Part shown: one piece after another, positions 10,549 to 19,473 of the stretch
How positions within the stretch are numbered: the first letter of the stretch is position 1
Layout: the number at the start of each line of letters is the position of its first letter
IMG/VR virus record: IMGVR_UViG_3300042254_000186
Coordinates: 37,678-101,677 of that record
Direction: 5' to 3' (one strand)
DNA length: 64,000 nt
From: a virus
Lineage: Duplodnaviria; Caudoviricetes
The notes under the pieces: generated by a model
The model's database searches: none
Seen by the model: the letters and a program-made list of their open reading frames with translations, nothing else
What the model was told of the DNA's origin: nothing
Translations under genes and position numbers: made by a program

Positions 10549-11272
10549 CCCTTTGGTAACTAAACTCTCACTTGATATTTCAAAGGACGATTTCGTTTCA
10601 AGGATGGAGTTTGAAAATGAAAAGGAACGAGATCGGTGTTTGCAGTATCTTGACCTAAAGGGAGTAGCATACCATACAGTATTAGTCAATTATATAGGAC
10701 TTAATAAAGATGGAAAGATCCAATATAAAAGAGTTCAGAACTTATACATTTATGACAAAAGGGTAAGAAATATACTCTATCGATTTTTGTCTGCTCTAGA
10801 AGAGGGAATTAGAGGTTTCATTGCAAATAAATATTGTGGAAAATTAGATAACATTAAGAAACTTTCTAAATCAATTCATAAGTCGATTACTGAGGGTAGC
10901 AGTCTCTCGAAAGAATTAGAAGATCTTGATTTTAATAAACTGATGAATCTTACAAAAAAGCTTACTGTTAAAGAGAAAAGGTCCTTGTTTGGTAGAACAG
11001 ATAGACTTGAAGAGAATTTGCTTGCAGTTAAGCAGCTAAGAAATGCAGTAAGCCATCATAGAATGTTATTTGTCTATGAAGACTTATATGAATGCTATTT
11101 TGAGGATGGAACAATAGGTGATTCGCTTATGGATAATATTGTGAATCTCAGACAACTATTGAATCCATATTATATAGATTTCTTTACTAAGGCAATCAAC
11201 AACAGTTCAGTTGATGAAAAAGATTTAACTTTTGTAACCACATTGCCTGATAAAGCAATTTTACATTTTTGA
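10520..11272 (+). CDS. Abi_2-like HEPN RNase
   Basis: LYIYDKRVRN...LEEGIR Abi_2-like helix and RxxxxH motif (LRNAVSHH). Confidence 0.75.
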   Translation: MCTVDIAGSSPLVTKLSLDISKDDFVSRMEFENEKERDRCLQYLDLKGVAYHTVLVNYIGLNKDGKIQYKRVQNLYIYDKRVRNILYRFLSALEEGIRGFIANKYCGKLDNIKKLSKSIHKSITEGSSLSKELEDLDFNKLMNLTKKLTVKEKRSLFGRTDRLEENLLAVKQLRNAVSHHRMLFVYEDLYECYFEDGTIGDSLMDNIVNLRQLLNPYYIDFFTKAINNSSVDEKDLTFVTTLPDKAILHF

Positions 11273-11310
11273 GATAGCCTTTATATGATATAGTTTTGGG
11301 AGGAAAAGAT

Positions 11311-11829
11311 ATGAGTTGGGAGTATAATGAATATACAAAACCGTGTCCTTGTGGTAAAGGATTAATAAGAGTTGTAGATGGTTCAAATGACTGGGGACAA
11401 ACATCTCATGATGAAACCATTTTATGTCCTGAATGCAAAGAAAAAGCAAAAGTAGCAAGAGCTCAAAAAGAAGAGAGATTCAGAGTTGCTAATAACAAGA
11501 TCTCACTAGCAGTTTCTTATTTTAGAGATAACTACTCTCATTTATTAGAGAGTAAATTTGAGAATACAAAAAGTAAAAAAGCTATTTGGCAGGTTGCCTA
11601 TGATTTAGGTATAGAAACTCAAAGCCTTGCAACTTTTTATAAACATTTTATTTCAAAAGAAAAATACATTCACGGTCTGATTTCTTGGTATAGAATACAC
11701 TCGATTATTCTTGCTCTTGAAATAAAGGATCAGAGACTTGAAGAGTTATATAAAGATGCTAAAGCTCATATTAAAGAGTTTGATGATGAACGTGCTGCAG
11801 CTGCCTACATGTATTATAAAGGTAGGTAA
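11311..11829 (+). CDS. Hypothetical protein with N-terminal Zn ribbon
   Basis: CPC...CPEC. GGAGG RBS before ATG 11311. Confidence 0.65.
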   Translation: MSWEYNEYTKPCPCGKGLIRVVDGSNDWGQTSHDETILCPECKEKAKVARAQKEERFRVANNKISLAVSYFRDNYSHLLESKFENTKSKKAIWQVAYDLGIETQSLATFYKHFISKEKYIHGLISWYRIHSIILALEIKDQRLEELYKDAKAHIKEFDDERAAAAYMYYKGR

Positions 11830-11866
11830 ATGACGATAATAAAAGGTATTATAGGGGGTTGGTTAC

Positions 11867-13156
11867 ATGAAGTATATGAGTTTTAATCGATCGTGTTCAT
11901 ATACATGTTTGGCTTATATGATAGGGGATTATGGTTTGAATTATACGGATAAAGATATAGCACTTGAAATGAAACTGGCATATCTTTTATATAATGACTC
12001 AAAGAATAATGAATATCTATCAGGTGCAATGTTACAAGGGAAGAGATGGTTTGATTTATTCTTGAATCGTCATTCTTTTGAGTTTATTGAAGACGAATAT
12101 AAGAAAAATGTTGCGTTATCTGTCATTAAGAATTCTAATAGAAAATTAATGGTGGGGATAAATTTAAAAACCGGTAAACACGCTATGGTTTATTGTCCAT
12201 CAGAAACACAACTGTTTAGATTCTTTAATCCTCATTATGAGAATGATGGTGTTGCTGACTTTTTTGTCTATTCAGAACAAGAATTACTTGATCTTCTAGA
12301 TGATGAGGTGACTATTGGCTACATTAATCATAATCCGAGAATTACTGTTCCTGAGCTTGAACTATATGGTCATTCATGTGGTTATCTAGATAAATATGTG
12401 GTAGACATAATTGAATTTTGTTCGATTGAACATACACTTGATGAGATAGGAGAAGTAAAAGAATCATTGTTTGCTGGACTATTACTTTCACCAATACCAT
12501 TGTTAGAATTCGAGGGAGAGAACGAACTTGTTGATTGCCTTAAAAAACTACAAACAGACTTTATTCGTGCCCTTCGACAAACAAAAACTAGTATTAGACT
12601 ATTAGATTATTTTAATCCTTTAGAGCTTAATGCATGTGTTAGGAAGTATAAGGAATCAATTAAAAGGAAAGCAATGCTGGACAGTTTAATTATCAGAAAA
12701 GCTACAGATGAAGATGCAGAAGGAAAAGGATATGTTCATTATCAAAGTTGGATTGAAACATATACTGGTCTTTTTCCTGATGAAGTTATGGCAAGATTAT
12801 CTTTAGAAAAGAATATACAATTAGCAAAAGACTATCCAGAGAACACATATGTTGCCATTGTAGATAATAAGATTATTGGATTCTGTTGCTATCTTGAATC
12901 AAGAGATGATGATTTAGAAGATACTGGCGAAATTGTGGCAATATACATATTAAAGGAATATCAAGGTCTCGGTATTGGAAAGCAATTGATGGAAGTATGC
13001 TATAAAGAATTAAGTAAATATTCAAAACTATCACTATTGGTACTTGGAAGTAATAAGAAATCAGTAGGTTTTTATGAGAAACAAGGGTTTATTGCTGATG
13101 GTAAAACAAAGATACTTCATGGAAAAGAAGTTATTAGAATGATTAAGAGTTTGTGA
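11867..13156 (+). CDS. Putative papain/C39-like domain fused to a GNAT acetyltransferase
   Basis: N-terminal SC...HA...NP spacing. C-terminal IRKATDEDA...YQGLGIGKQL...FYEKQGF GNAT. Confidence 0.7.
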   Translation: MKYMSFNRSCSYTCLAYMIGDYGLNYTDKDIALEMKLAYLLYNDSKNNEYLSGAMLQGKRWFDLFLNRHSFEFIEDEYKKNVALSVIKNSNRKLMVGINLKTGKHAMVYCPSETQLFRFFNPHYENDGVADFFVYSEQELLDLLDDEVTIGYINHNPRITVPELELYGHSCGYLDKYVVDIIEFCSIEHTLDEIGEVKESLFAGLLLSPIPLLEFEGENELVDCLKKLQTDFIRALRQTKTSIRLLDYFNPLELNACVRKYKESIKRKAMLDSLIIRKATDEDAEGKGYVHYQSWIETYTGLFPDEVMARLSLEKNIQLAKDYPENTYVAIVDNKIIGFCCYLESRDDDLEDTGEIVAIYILKEYQGLGIGKQLMEVCYKELSKYSKLSLLVLGSNKKSVGFYEKQGFIADGKTKILHGKEVIRMIKSL

Positions 13157-13165
13157 GGTGATGAC

Positions 13166-13630
13166 ATGTTTTCATTCTTCGAGTTTGATGATCTAACTGA
13201 TGGTGAAATTAGATTAGTAGTTGATGAGTTGATTCCAGAAGACAAAGAAAAAGGTTTTGTTCCAGCATATAAGTTTAACATTGTAGAAGAAAAATCAGAT
13301 CTGAAAGTTGGTTTTATTGATGTCAGAATTGGACATAATAAAGGTTTGTATTATGGTGGCAATATTGGATATACAGTATATGAAAAACATAGAGGACATA
13401 ATTACGCTTTAAAAGCATGTAAATTAATAAAGAATGTTGCTATCAAACATAACATGGAATATCTATATGTTACTTGTAATCCTGATAACATAGCTTCAAG
13501 AAGAACATGCGAAAAGTTAGGGTTACCTTTGCTAGAAATTGTTGAATTACCAGAAGATAATGATATGTATAAAGAAGGTGAAAGGCAAAAGTGTATATAT
13601 TATTGGAGACTTTTGCCTAGATTGAGCTAA
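13166..13630 (+). CDS. GNAT acetyltransferase (RimJ/RimL-like)
   Basis: GNIGYTV...RGHNYA...CNPDNIASRRTCEKLG. Confidence 0.85.
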   Translation: MFSFFEFDDLTDGEIRLVVDELIPEDKEKGFVPAYKFNIVEEKSDLKVGFIDVRIGHNKGLYYGGNIGYTVYEKHRGHNYALKACKLIKNVAIKHNMEYLYVTCNPDNIASRRTCEKLGLPLLEIVELPEDNDMYKEGERQKCIYYWRLLPRLS

Positions 13631-13674
13631 AACTACGAAATATTGTAGTAATTTGTTAAGAGAGAAGTGATTAT

Positions 13675-14175
13675 GTGAAAGAAATATCAAACTGTAAATA
13701 TTGTGGAGGTTCATTATCAACTTAAAGTATCAAAGGAGAGGGAAATATACCATATTGTATGGATTGTGATGAATTGTTCTTTCCAACATCCGATATTGCA
13801 ATTTTAGGAATAATCGTAAATGATTCAAATCAAGTTCTTATGTTGAAACAACAAGTAGTTAACGAGTATTATGTTCTCGTTGCAGGATATTACAAAAAAG
13901 GCGAACAATTAGAAGATACACTCAAAAGAGAAGTTTTTGAAGAAACAGGTATTGATATCACAAATATTCAATATCATGGTAATAAATACTACGAGAAGAA
14001 AAATATCTTAATGTTTGTTTACTCTGCAAAGGCTATAACAACCGTTATAAGGATAAACGAATCAGAAGTTGATTCTGCAATTTGGGTTAATTTAGATAAA
14101 GCGATAAAATTAATGAGACCAGGATCAATTGGTGATATAGTTTTAAAAGAATATATTAATCATATTTCTAACTGA
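13675..14175 (+). pseudogene. NudC-like Nudix hydrolase with an in-frame stop inside the Zn ribbon
   Basis: GTG 13675 gives CKYC, then TAA at 13723-25, then CMDC, in frame with the Nudix box GEQLEDTLKREVFEETG. Confidence 0.75.
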
Positions 14176-14330
14176 GATTTTTTCATCAAATCATAAAGAG
14201 TTTCATTATTCAAAAATTATAGAGTTCGATACCCAGCATTAAACAGATAGTTGAATAACCTATTTTGATACAAAGAAATTAATACTAAAAAAATGCAAAA
14301 AATAAAACCTCTAAACTAAGCCATAATTTA

Positions 14331-14455
14331 GGGGTGCAATTTTTTCGGGTGGGGGTGCAAAAATTTTGACTAGGGGTGTAAAATTGTAGCAAAATAGGTC
14401 ATACAACCCATATAAGAAGCATAGGTTTGATACAATTGTATCAGGCCTTTTTTTA
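14331..14455. repeat. att-like junction B (element 2 right end / prophage left end)
   Basis: GGGTGY at 14332, 14353 and 14374 (21-bp period). A 56-bp imperfect inverted repeat (14382-14437) is centred on CA 14409-10 and followed by a palindromic terminator. Homologous to 63641-63785. Confidence 0.8.
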
Positions 14456-14548
14456 CGCTATATAGGGCCGTTTCACGATTTGCCTCAATTTATCAAGCCT
14501 GAAAAGAGTATCGCTTTTACTAGATTTTGGACATTTCAATAGAATTTC

Positions 14549-14599
14549 TACACGATTATATTTCAAAATACACGATTTAAAATGGATTTACACGATTTC
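14549..14599. repeat. Three phased TACACGATT direct repeats
   Basis: CACGATT at 14551, 14571 and 14591 (exact 20-bp period). Confidence 0.85.
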
Positions 14600-14725
14600 A
14601 GTAATCAAGCCATTTAACAGGTATGCTTGATTTTTTAGTAGGCTACACTATGATTTTATCCATTCAACACCTATCATCAAAATATATAATATGATATAAT
14701 AACGTTGATTATATGAGGTGATTTT

Positions 14726-15691
14726 ATGAAATATATAGCAAAAGAAAAAATTTACATAGACCCTAAACATTTGCTTACATACTATCAAATGACTACAATA
14801 GACAACATTGAAGGAGCACTAAAGGATTCATTTCTTAACATCCTAGCTGACAATGCTGGATTAATTATGCGAACTGCAGATCTAAAAAATAAATATTTGG
14901 AAAGTCTAAAACAATATGAAAATATTGATATTGAAAGTTTAGAACATAAGTATTCCAATAAAAACTATGTTCAAATTTTTAAGAATTTAACAGGATCCAA
15001 TGTAAAGAATACCACAAACCTCTTGCGAGATAAAAATGTTAACTGGTATTATGGAAAAGGTGAATATGGTAATATTTCCCTTATTGAAGCCAAGTGTATA
15101 GGATCTACTCAATTGCCACTTGGCTTTGACGAGATAAGAGCACATGGCAATAACTATTTTATATTCTTTAATAATGATGTTTCAAACGATCACCAGCTAC
15201 ATGATGAGATAACCACTCTAACTTCTTTGAAGGATTCAATTTCTGATGATACCAAATTAACACAAGAAATTATCACAAAAAGTAGAAATATGAAACTTCA
15301 AAAAATATTTCGTAATAGCTGTTTAACAAAGGATAACTTTAAATGCGCTGTAGATGGTTGTGAAGTTTCTGATGAGCATTTATTGATTGCTTCACACATA
15401 ATTCCAGTTAGTGCAATTATAAAAGATAAAAATATGAGCATAAGTCAAAAAATATTATATATAACTAGTGATTCAAATGGTTTGACATTATGTCCGAATC
15501 ATGATGCTCTTTTAGACAAAAATTATATAACTTTTTCATCAGATAATTCAATTATTTTTCATAAAAAAATTAATAATGATAACAGGAAATCTTTAAACGT
15601 TTCAGGAGTAACAAAGTTAAAGAAACACCGTAGTGATGATGAGAAAATGAAACAGAACTTCGAGATGCTTAGAAAAGTGTTTTTGTCATAA
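14726..15691 (+). CDS. HNH endonuclease (C-terminal HNH_2-like domain)
   Basis: CAVDGC...ASHIIP...NGLTLCPNHDALLD. Confidence 0.85.
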   Translation: MKYIAKEKIYIDPKHLLTYYQMTTIDNIEGALKDSFLNILADNAGLIMRTADLKNKYLESLKQYENIDIESLEHKYSNKNYVQIFKNLTGSNVKNTTNLLRDKNVNWYYGKGEYGNISLIEAKCIGSTQLPLGFDEIRAHGNNYFIFFNNDVSNDHQLHDEITTLTSLKDSISDDTKLTQEIITKSRNMKLQKIFRNSCLTKDNFKCAVDGCEVSDEHLLIASHIIPVSAIIKDKNMSISQKILYITSDSNGLTLCPNHDALLDKNYITFSSDNSIIFHKKINNDNRKSLNVSGVTKLKKHRSDDEKMKQNFEMLRKVFLS

Positions 15692-15754
15692 ACTAATAGT
15701 GAGTGGATTACTGTAATTTAATATGCTATAATCAATACAATGGAGGAGATTAGA

Positions 15755-16858
15755 ATGAGAGAAAACAACAAGTTTTTACAGGATCAAATTATTACTTATT
15801 TGGGTAATAAAAGAAGCTTGAATCCATATATTGAAAACGAAATAAAGAAAATTAAGAAGTCTCTTAATAAAGACAAGTTGGTTACACTAGATTTATTTTC
15901 TGGATCTGGAATCGTAGCTAGAATGCTAAAAAAGCATTCTGAGAAACTTATTGCGAACGACTTAGAAGAGTATTCTCAAATCATAAATGAATGTTATTTA
16001 AGTAATCATTCAGATTTTGATAGAAAGAAGTACGACTTATATAAAGAAAAACTAGATGATTTATTATCCAATAAAGTATATAAAAAAGGAATCATCACTT
16101 CAAACTATGCTCCTAAAAATGATTTGCATATTAAAAAAGGAGAAAGATGTTTTTATACAACAGAAAATGCACAGATTATTGATACAATAAGAGACTTCGT
16201 TGATACCATTGAAGAACCTATGAAAAAATATTTTTTAGCACCTTTACTATATCAAGCATCTGTTAATACAAATACAGCTGGGATATTTAAGGGGTTCTAT
16301 AAAGATTCATCAACTGGAATTGGAAAATACGGTGGAAACGGTGAGTTTGCTTTAAAAAGAATAAAAGGTAAAATACAAATACTGGAACCAATATTTAGTA
16401 ACTTTGAAACTGATGTTTTAGTCACTAGAGAAGATGCTAATAACCTTGTTAAAAGAGAAAAAAACTTTGATGTTGTTTACATTGATCCGCCTTATAACCA
16501 ACACCCTTATGGATCAAACTACTTTATGTTAAACTTGATTTTAAGTAATAAAATGCCAGATAATATAAGTAAAGTTTCTGGAATACCAAAAAATTGGAAC
16601 AGGTCAGATTATAATTATAAAGCTAAAGCCCTAAATGCCTTTGATGATTTAATTAAGAATATTGATAGTAAATTTATTATCATATCGTATAACTCTGAAG
16701 GAATAATATCATATGATGAAATGATAAAACTGCTAAAACCATATGGTGAATTAACTATTAAGGAAATCGTTTATAATACTTTTAGAGGTAGTAGAAACCT
16801 TAGTGAACGAAGTTTGTATGTTCAAGAGTATTTGTTTGTTTTAAAGAGGGGGGATTAA
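15755..16858 (+). CDS. N6-adenine DNA methyltransferase (D12/alpha class)
   Basis: YLGNKR, DLFSGSGIV (motif I) before YIDPPY (motif IV), and ISYN. Confidence 0.92.
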   Translation: MRENNKFLQDQIITYLGNKRSLNPYIENEIKKIKKSLNKDKLVTLDLFSGSGIVARMLKKHSEKLIANDLEEYSQIINECYLSNHSDFDRKKYDLYKEKLDDLLSNKVYKKGIITSNYAPKNDLHIKKGERCFYTTENAQIIDTIRDFVDTIEEPMKKYFLAPLLYQASVNTNTAGIFKGFYKDSSTGIGKYGGNGEFALKRIKGKIQILEPIFSNFETDVLVTREDANNLVKREKNFDVVYIDPPYNQHPYGSNYFMLNLILSNKMPDNISKVSGIPKNWNRSDYNYKAKALNAFDDLIKNIDSKFIIISYNSEGIISYDEMIKLLKPYGELTIKEIVYNTFRGSRNLSERSLYVQEYLFVLKRGD

Positions 16859-16859
16859 A

Positions 16860-17570
16860 TTGAGTCAAAGAGAATCGTTGAGAGAAAGATACGAGCAACA
16901 CAAACCTAAAAACACTAGATCTAAAAAGACAGATAAGGCTATTTATTCATCAATGGAAGCTGTTATTGAATATTTACATCATAGATTTAAAGGGATGTTG
17001 GATGATTATGAAATCACATTCGAGAAAAATATCAAAATAGATTATATGATAAAATTCATAAAGCAAAAAGGTATCAGACTAGAGTTTGATTATGACTTTG
17101 AAGATCGTAAAATCATCCCTGATGGAGGAGTGCTGTTCTTAAATAAAAAGTCTTCAGAAGAGTTGAAAAAACCGTTACTTATTTCTGAAATCAAAGTACA
17201 AGGAACTAATAAAAAAAGACTTAAAGAGGGGAAAACGAAACAAGCTACAGGTAATGCCATTGAACGTTTAGGTAAGAACTTAACTGGAATTAAAGCAATG
17301 ATGAATCACGAGAAGATTACTCCATTTGTTTGTTTTGGACAAGGATGTGATTTTGCTCCAGAAGTGAAGACAGTTTTAGCTAAAGTTCACATTTTAAACG
17401 AATTTTATGATTTGAATAGAACACATGTTTTCAAAAAGGATGGTAATTCAGATAACAATTACTATAGTCCTGTCTCTATGTATTTTAGGGAAGAAGACTG
17501 GTCAGAAGAAGAAATGTTTGATATAATGAAGGAAATCGCAGAAACTGCCTTAAGATATTATATCTTTTAA
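16860..17570 (+). CDS. EcoRI-family type II restriction endonuclease
   Basis: PDGG...EIKVQG catalytic motif and GNAIERLGKN, resembling EcoRI GNAIERSHKN. Directly downstream of the methyltransferase. Confidence 0.85.
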   Translation: MSQRESLRERYEQHKPKNTRSKKTDKAIYSSMEAVIEYLHHRFKGMLDDYEITFEKNIKIDYMIKFIKQKGIRLEFDYDFEDRKIIPDGGVLFLNKKSSEELKKPLLISEIKVQGTNKKRLKEGKTKQATGNAIERLGKNLTGIKAMMNHEKITPFVCFGQGCDFAPEVKTVLAKVHILNEFYDLNRTHVFKKDGNSDNNYYSPVSMYFREEDWSEEEMFDIMKEIAETALRYYIF

Positions 17571-17698
17571 TATCATTGAGATCTAAATTCTTTTGAATTT
17601 TGGTCTCTTTTTAGTTATGCTCCATGATGCCATTATCAAATATGTACAAGAATACCTTTTGATGATACAATATAATTGTTAATACGGACAAGGATAAG

Positions 17699-18556
17699 GT
17701 GGTATTACATATGATATTAGCCAAAACAATAGAAATTTATTTACCTACAGGAGATGCAAGTAAAGTAAGCCAAGCACGTATAACAACTGAGGCAATTAGG
17801 ATTGTATATGTTGCAAAATCGGAAATTGAAAATAGAAAAATTGACCTAGATAATATTGGTTGCTATATTTTAGTTGGTGTCGATTCGGCAGGGGACAAGA
17901 TGGTTTATATAGGTGAATCAGAAAACATTTATACGAGACTACAGGACCACAAAAAGAAAAAAGACTTCTGGGATGGAGTCTATACTATTCAAAATCTTAG
18001 TGGCACATTTGATAAAGCTCATTTGACATATTTAGAACAACTAATGATACAAAAAGCACTTGAGACAGATCGCTTCAAAGTTGAAAATGGTAATGGAGGG
18101 AAATATACATCAATTCCTGAATCAAAGATGAATGAGTGCTTAGTTTATTTTGAGACCATTAAAACACTTGTAAAGGCATTAGGATTCAATGTGTTTGTAC
18201 CTGAAATTGAAAAGGAGCAATTAACTGATGAGACGTACTTCTATTTCAAAAGCAAAGACGACTTGTGGGATGCTCAAGGTGTATATGTTGATGAGAAGTT
18301 TATCGTTCTAAAAGGTTCCATTGCACGATCAGAACCGACAAAACACAAACGAGCTTCTAATGAACTAAAGTTTAGAGATAAATTAATCGATGAAGGTATT
18401 ATTGAAGAACGAAATGGTAGCCTTACTTTCGTTAAGGACTATGGATTTAACTCTCCAAGTACAGCTGCAGATATTGTTTCGTTAGGAAGTAATAGTGGTT
18501 GGAAAGTTTGGAAAACTAAAGATGGGAAAGCACTAGAGGAAGTCTATCCGAGATAG
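17699..18556 (+). CDS. GIY-YIG nuclease with C-terminal DUF4357-like domain
   Basis: GCYILVG...VYIGES...RL.DH and C-terminal FNSPSTAA...SGWKVWK. Confidence 0.82.
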   Translation: MVLHMILAKTIEIYLPTGDASKVSQARITTEAIRIVYVAKSEIENRKIDLDNIGCYILVGVDSAGDKMVYIGESENIYTRLQDHKKKKDFWDGVYTIQNLSGTFDKAHLTYLEQLMIQKALETDRFKVENGNGGKYTSIPESKMNECLVYFETIKTLVKALGFNVFVPEIEKEQLTDETYFYFKSKDDLWDAQGVYVDEKFIVLKGSIARSEPTKHKRASNELKFRDKLIDEGIIEERNGSLTFVKDYGFNSPSTAADIVSLGSNSGWKVWKTKDGKALEEVYPR

Positions 18557-18566
18557 AAAGTGTTTA

Positions 18567-19214
18567 ATGTGTATGGGAGGAAATATGAAATCAAAAAACT
18601 ATAAAGAATTAAAGTTCACTGGGATAACATTCACAAGACGTATTTACATGGATGAAGACATGACTCACTATTTTGGATTTGATGAAGATGGTGAAATCAT
18701 AAAAGAAGCAACTGAACCAACTATGATGTTTTCACTCGGTGGGACTAAAGAAGAGTTTGAAAACTTCATTTCAAGGGCAATAGAAGACATAAATATTCTT
18801 AGTTGGAAAGATGAATATAGACCTACTGAAACTGTATTAGATGGTGAAGAATGGAAGATTACCATTCACATAGAAAATGATGACGACATTGAAATATTTG
18901 GAATAAATGCTTATCCAGATAATTTTGTAGATTTCATAGTTCTGTGTACTGAGTTCAACTTCGGACCATATGAGTTGGTTGATGATGAAACTTCATATGA
19001 TTTAGGTGTTGAAGAATGGTATGATGATTTTCTAGAGGAAATTGAGGAATTAGAATCCAAACTTATATGTCCTAAGTGTTCAAGTGATTACATGGTTCAC
19101 ACAGATCCAATGGGATATACATTTCTTTGTGGGGATTGTGGAAATGTGTATGAATACGAAGATGGTAAGTTTAAAGCACATTTTGAATTTGAGAAGAAAG
19201 CAAATGAAGAATAG
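18567..19214 (+). CDS. Acidic hypothetical protein with C-terminal Zn ribbon
   Basis: LDGEEW...G.NAYP motif and CPKC...CGDC. Confidence 0.65.
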   Translation: MCMGGNMKSKNYKELKFTGITFTRRIYMDEDMTHYFGFDEDGEIIKEATEPTMMFSLGGTKEEFENFISRAIEDINILSWKDEYRPTETVLDGEEWKITIHIENDDDIEIFGINAYPDNFVDFIVLCTEFNFGPYELVDDETSYDLGVEEWYDDFLEEIEELESKLICPKCSSDYMVHTDPMGYTFLCGDCGNVYEYEDGKFKAHFEFEKKANEE

Positions 19215-19225
19215 ATAAATGAATA

Positions 19226-19263
19226 GCGACCCAGCTCTTAATTGAGTTGAGTCGCTTTTTTTT
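19226..19263. terminator. Terminator between convergent genes
   Basis: AGCGACCCAGCTC-TTAATT-GAGTTGAGTCGCT followed by a T-run. Confidence 0.75.
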
Positions 19264-19462
19264 ATTTGTCTATATATTCCATGATGTCCTTAAAATCGCA
19301 CTTTAAAGCTTTGCAGATTTTACATAGAACGTCTGTTGTAACATTCTGACCTTTTGTCATTTTTGCTATGGAAGATGAACTTACTCCAGAGAGCTTAATG
19401 AGCTCTTTTTTATTTAGCCCCTTATCGATTAGTAGTTTCCATAATTTATTATAACTAACCAT
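19262..19462 (-). CDS. Small Cro/XRE-type HTH regulator (HTH_26-like)
   Basis: VSYNKLWKLLIDKGLNKKEL...KICKALKCDFKDIME. Confidence 0.88.
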   Translation of the reverse strand: MVSYNKLWKLLIDKGLNKKELIKLSGVSSSSIAKMTKGQNVTTDVLCKICKALKCDFKDIMEYIDK

Positions 19463-19473
19463 TAGATTTCCTC

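Larger units (their letters stand above)
7241..14410. mobile_element. Decapitated LSR element 2: recombinase tip, accessory gene array and right end
   Basis: Same recombinase-terminator-promoter-peptidase block as element 1. It ends at att-like site B. Confidence 0.7.

Noticed and set aside
7950-13680. attC-like or other repeated cassette sites between cargo genes
   Set aside because: The intergenic gaps are mostly under 50 bp and share only RBS-like purines. No tyrosine integrase is present.
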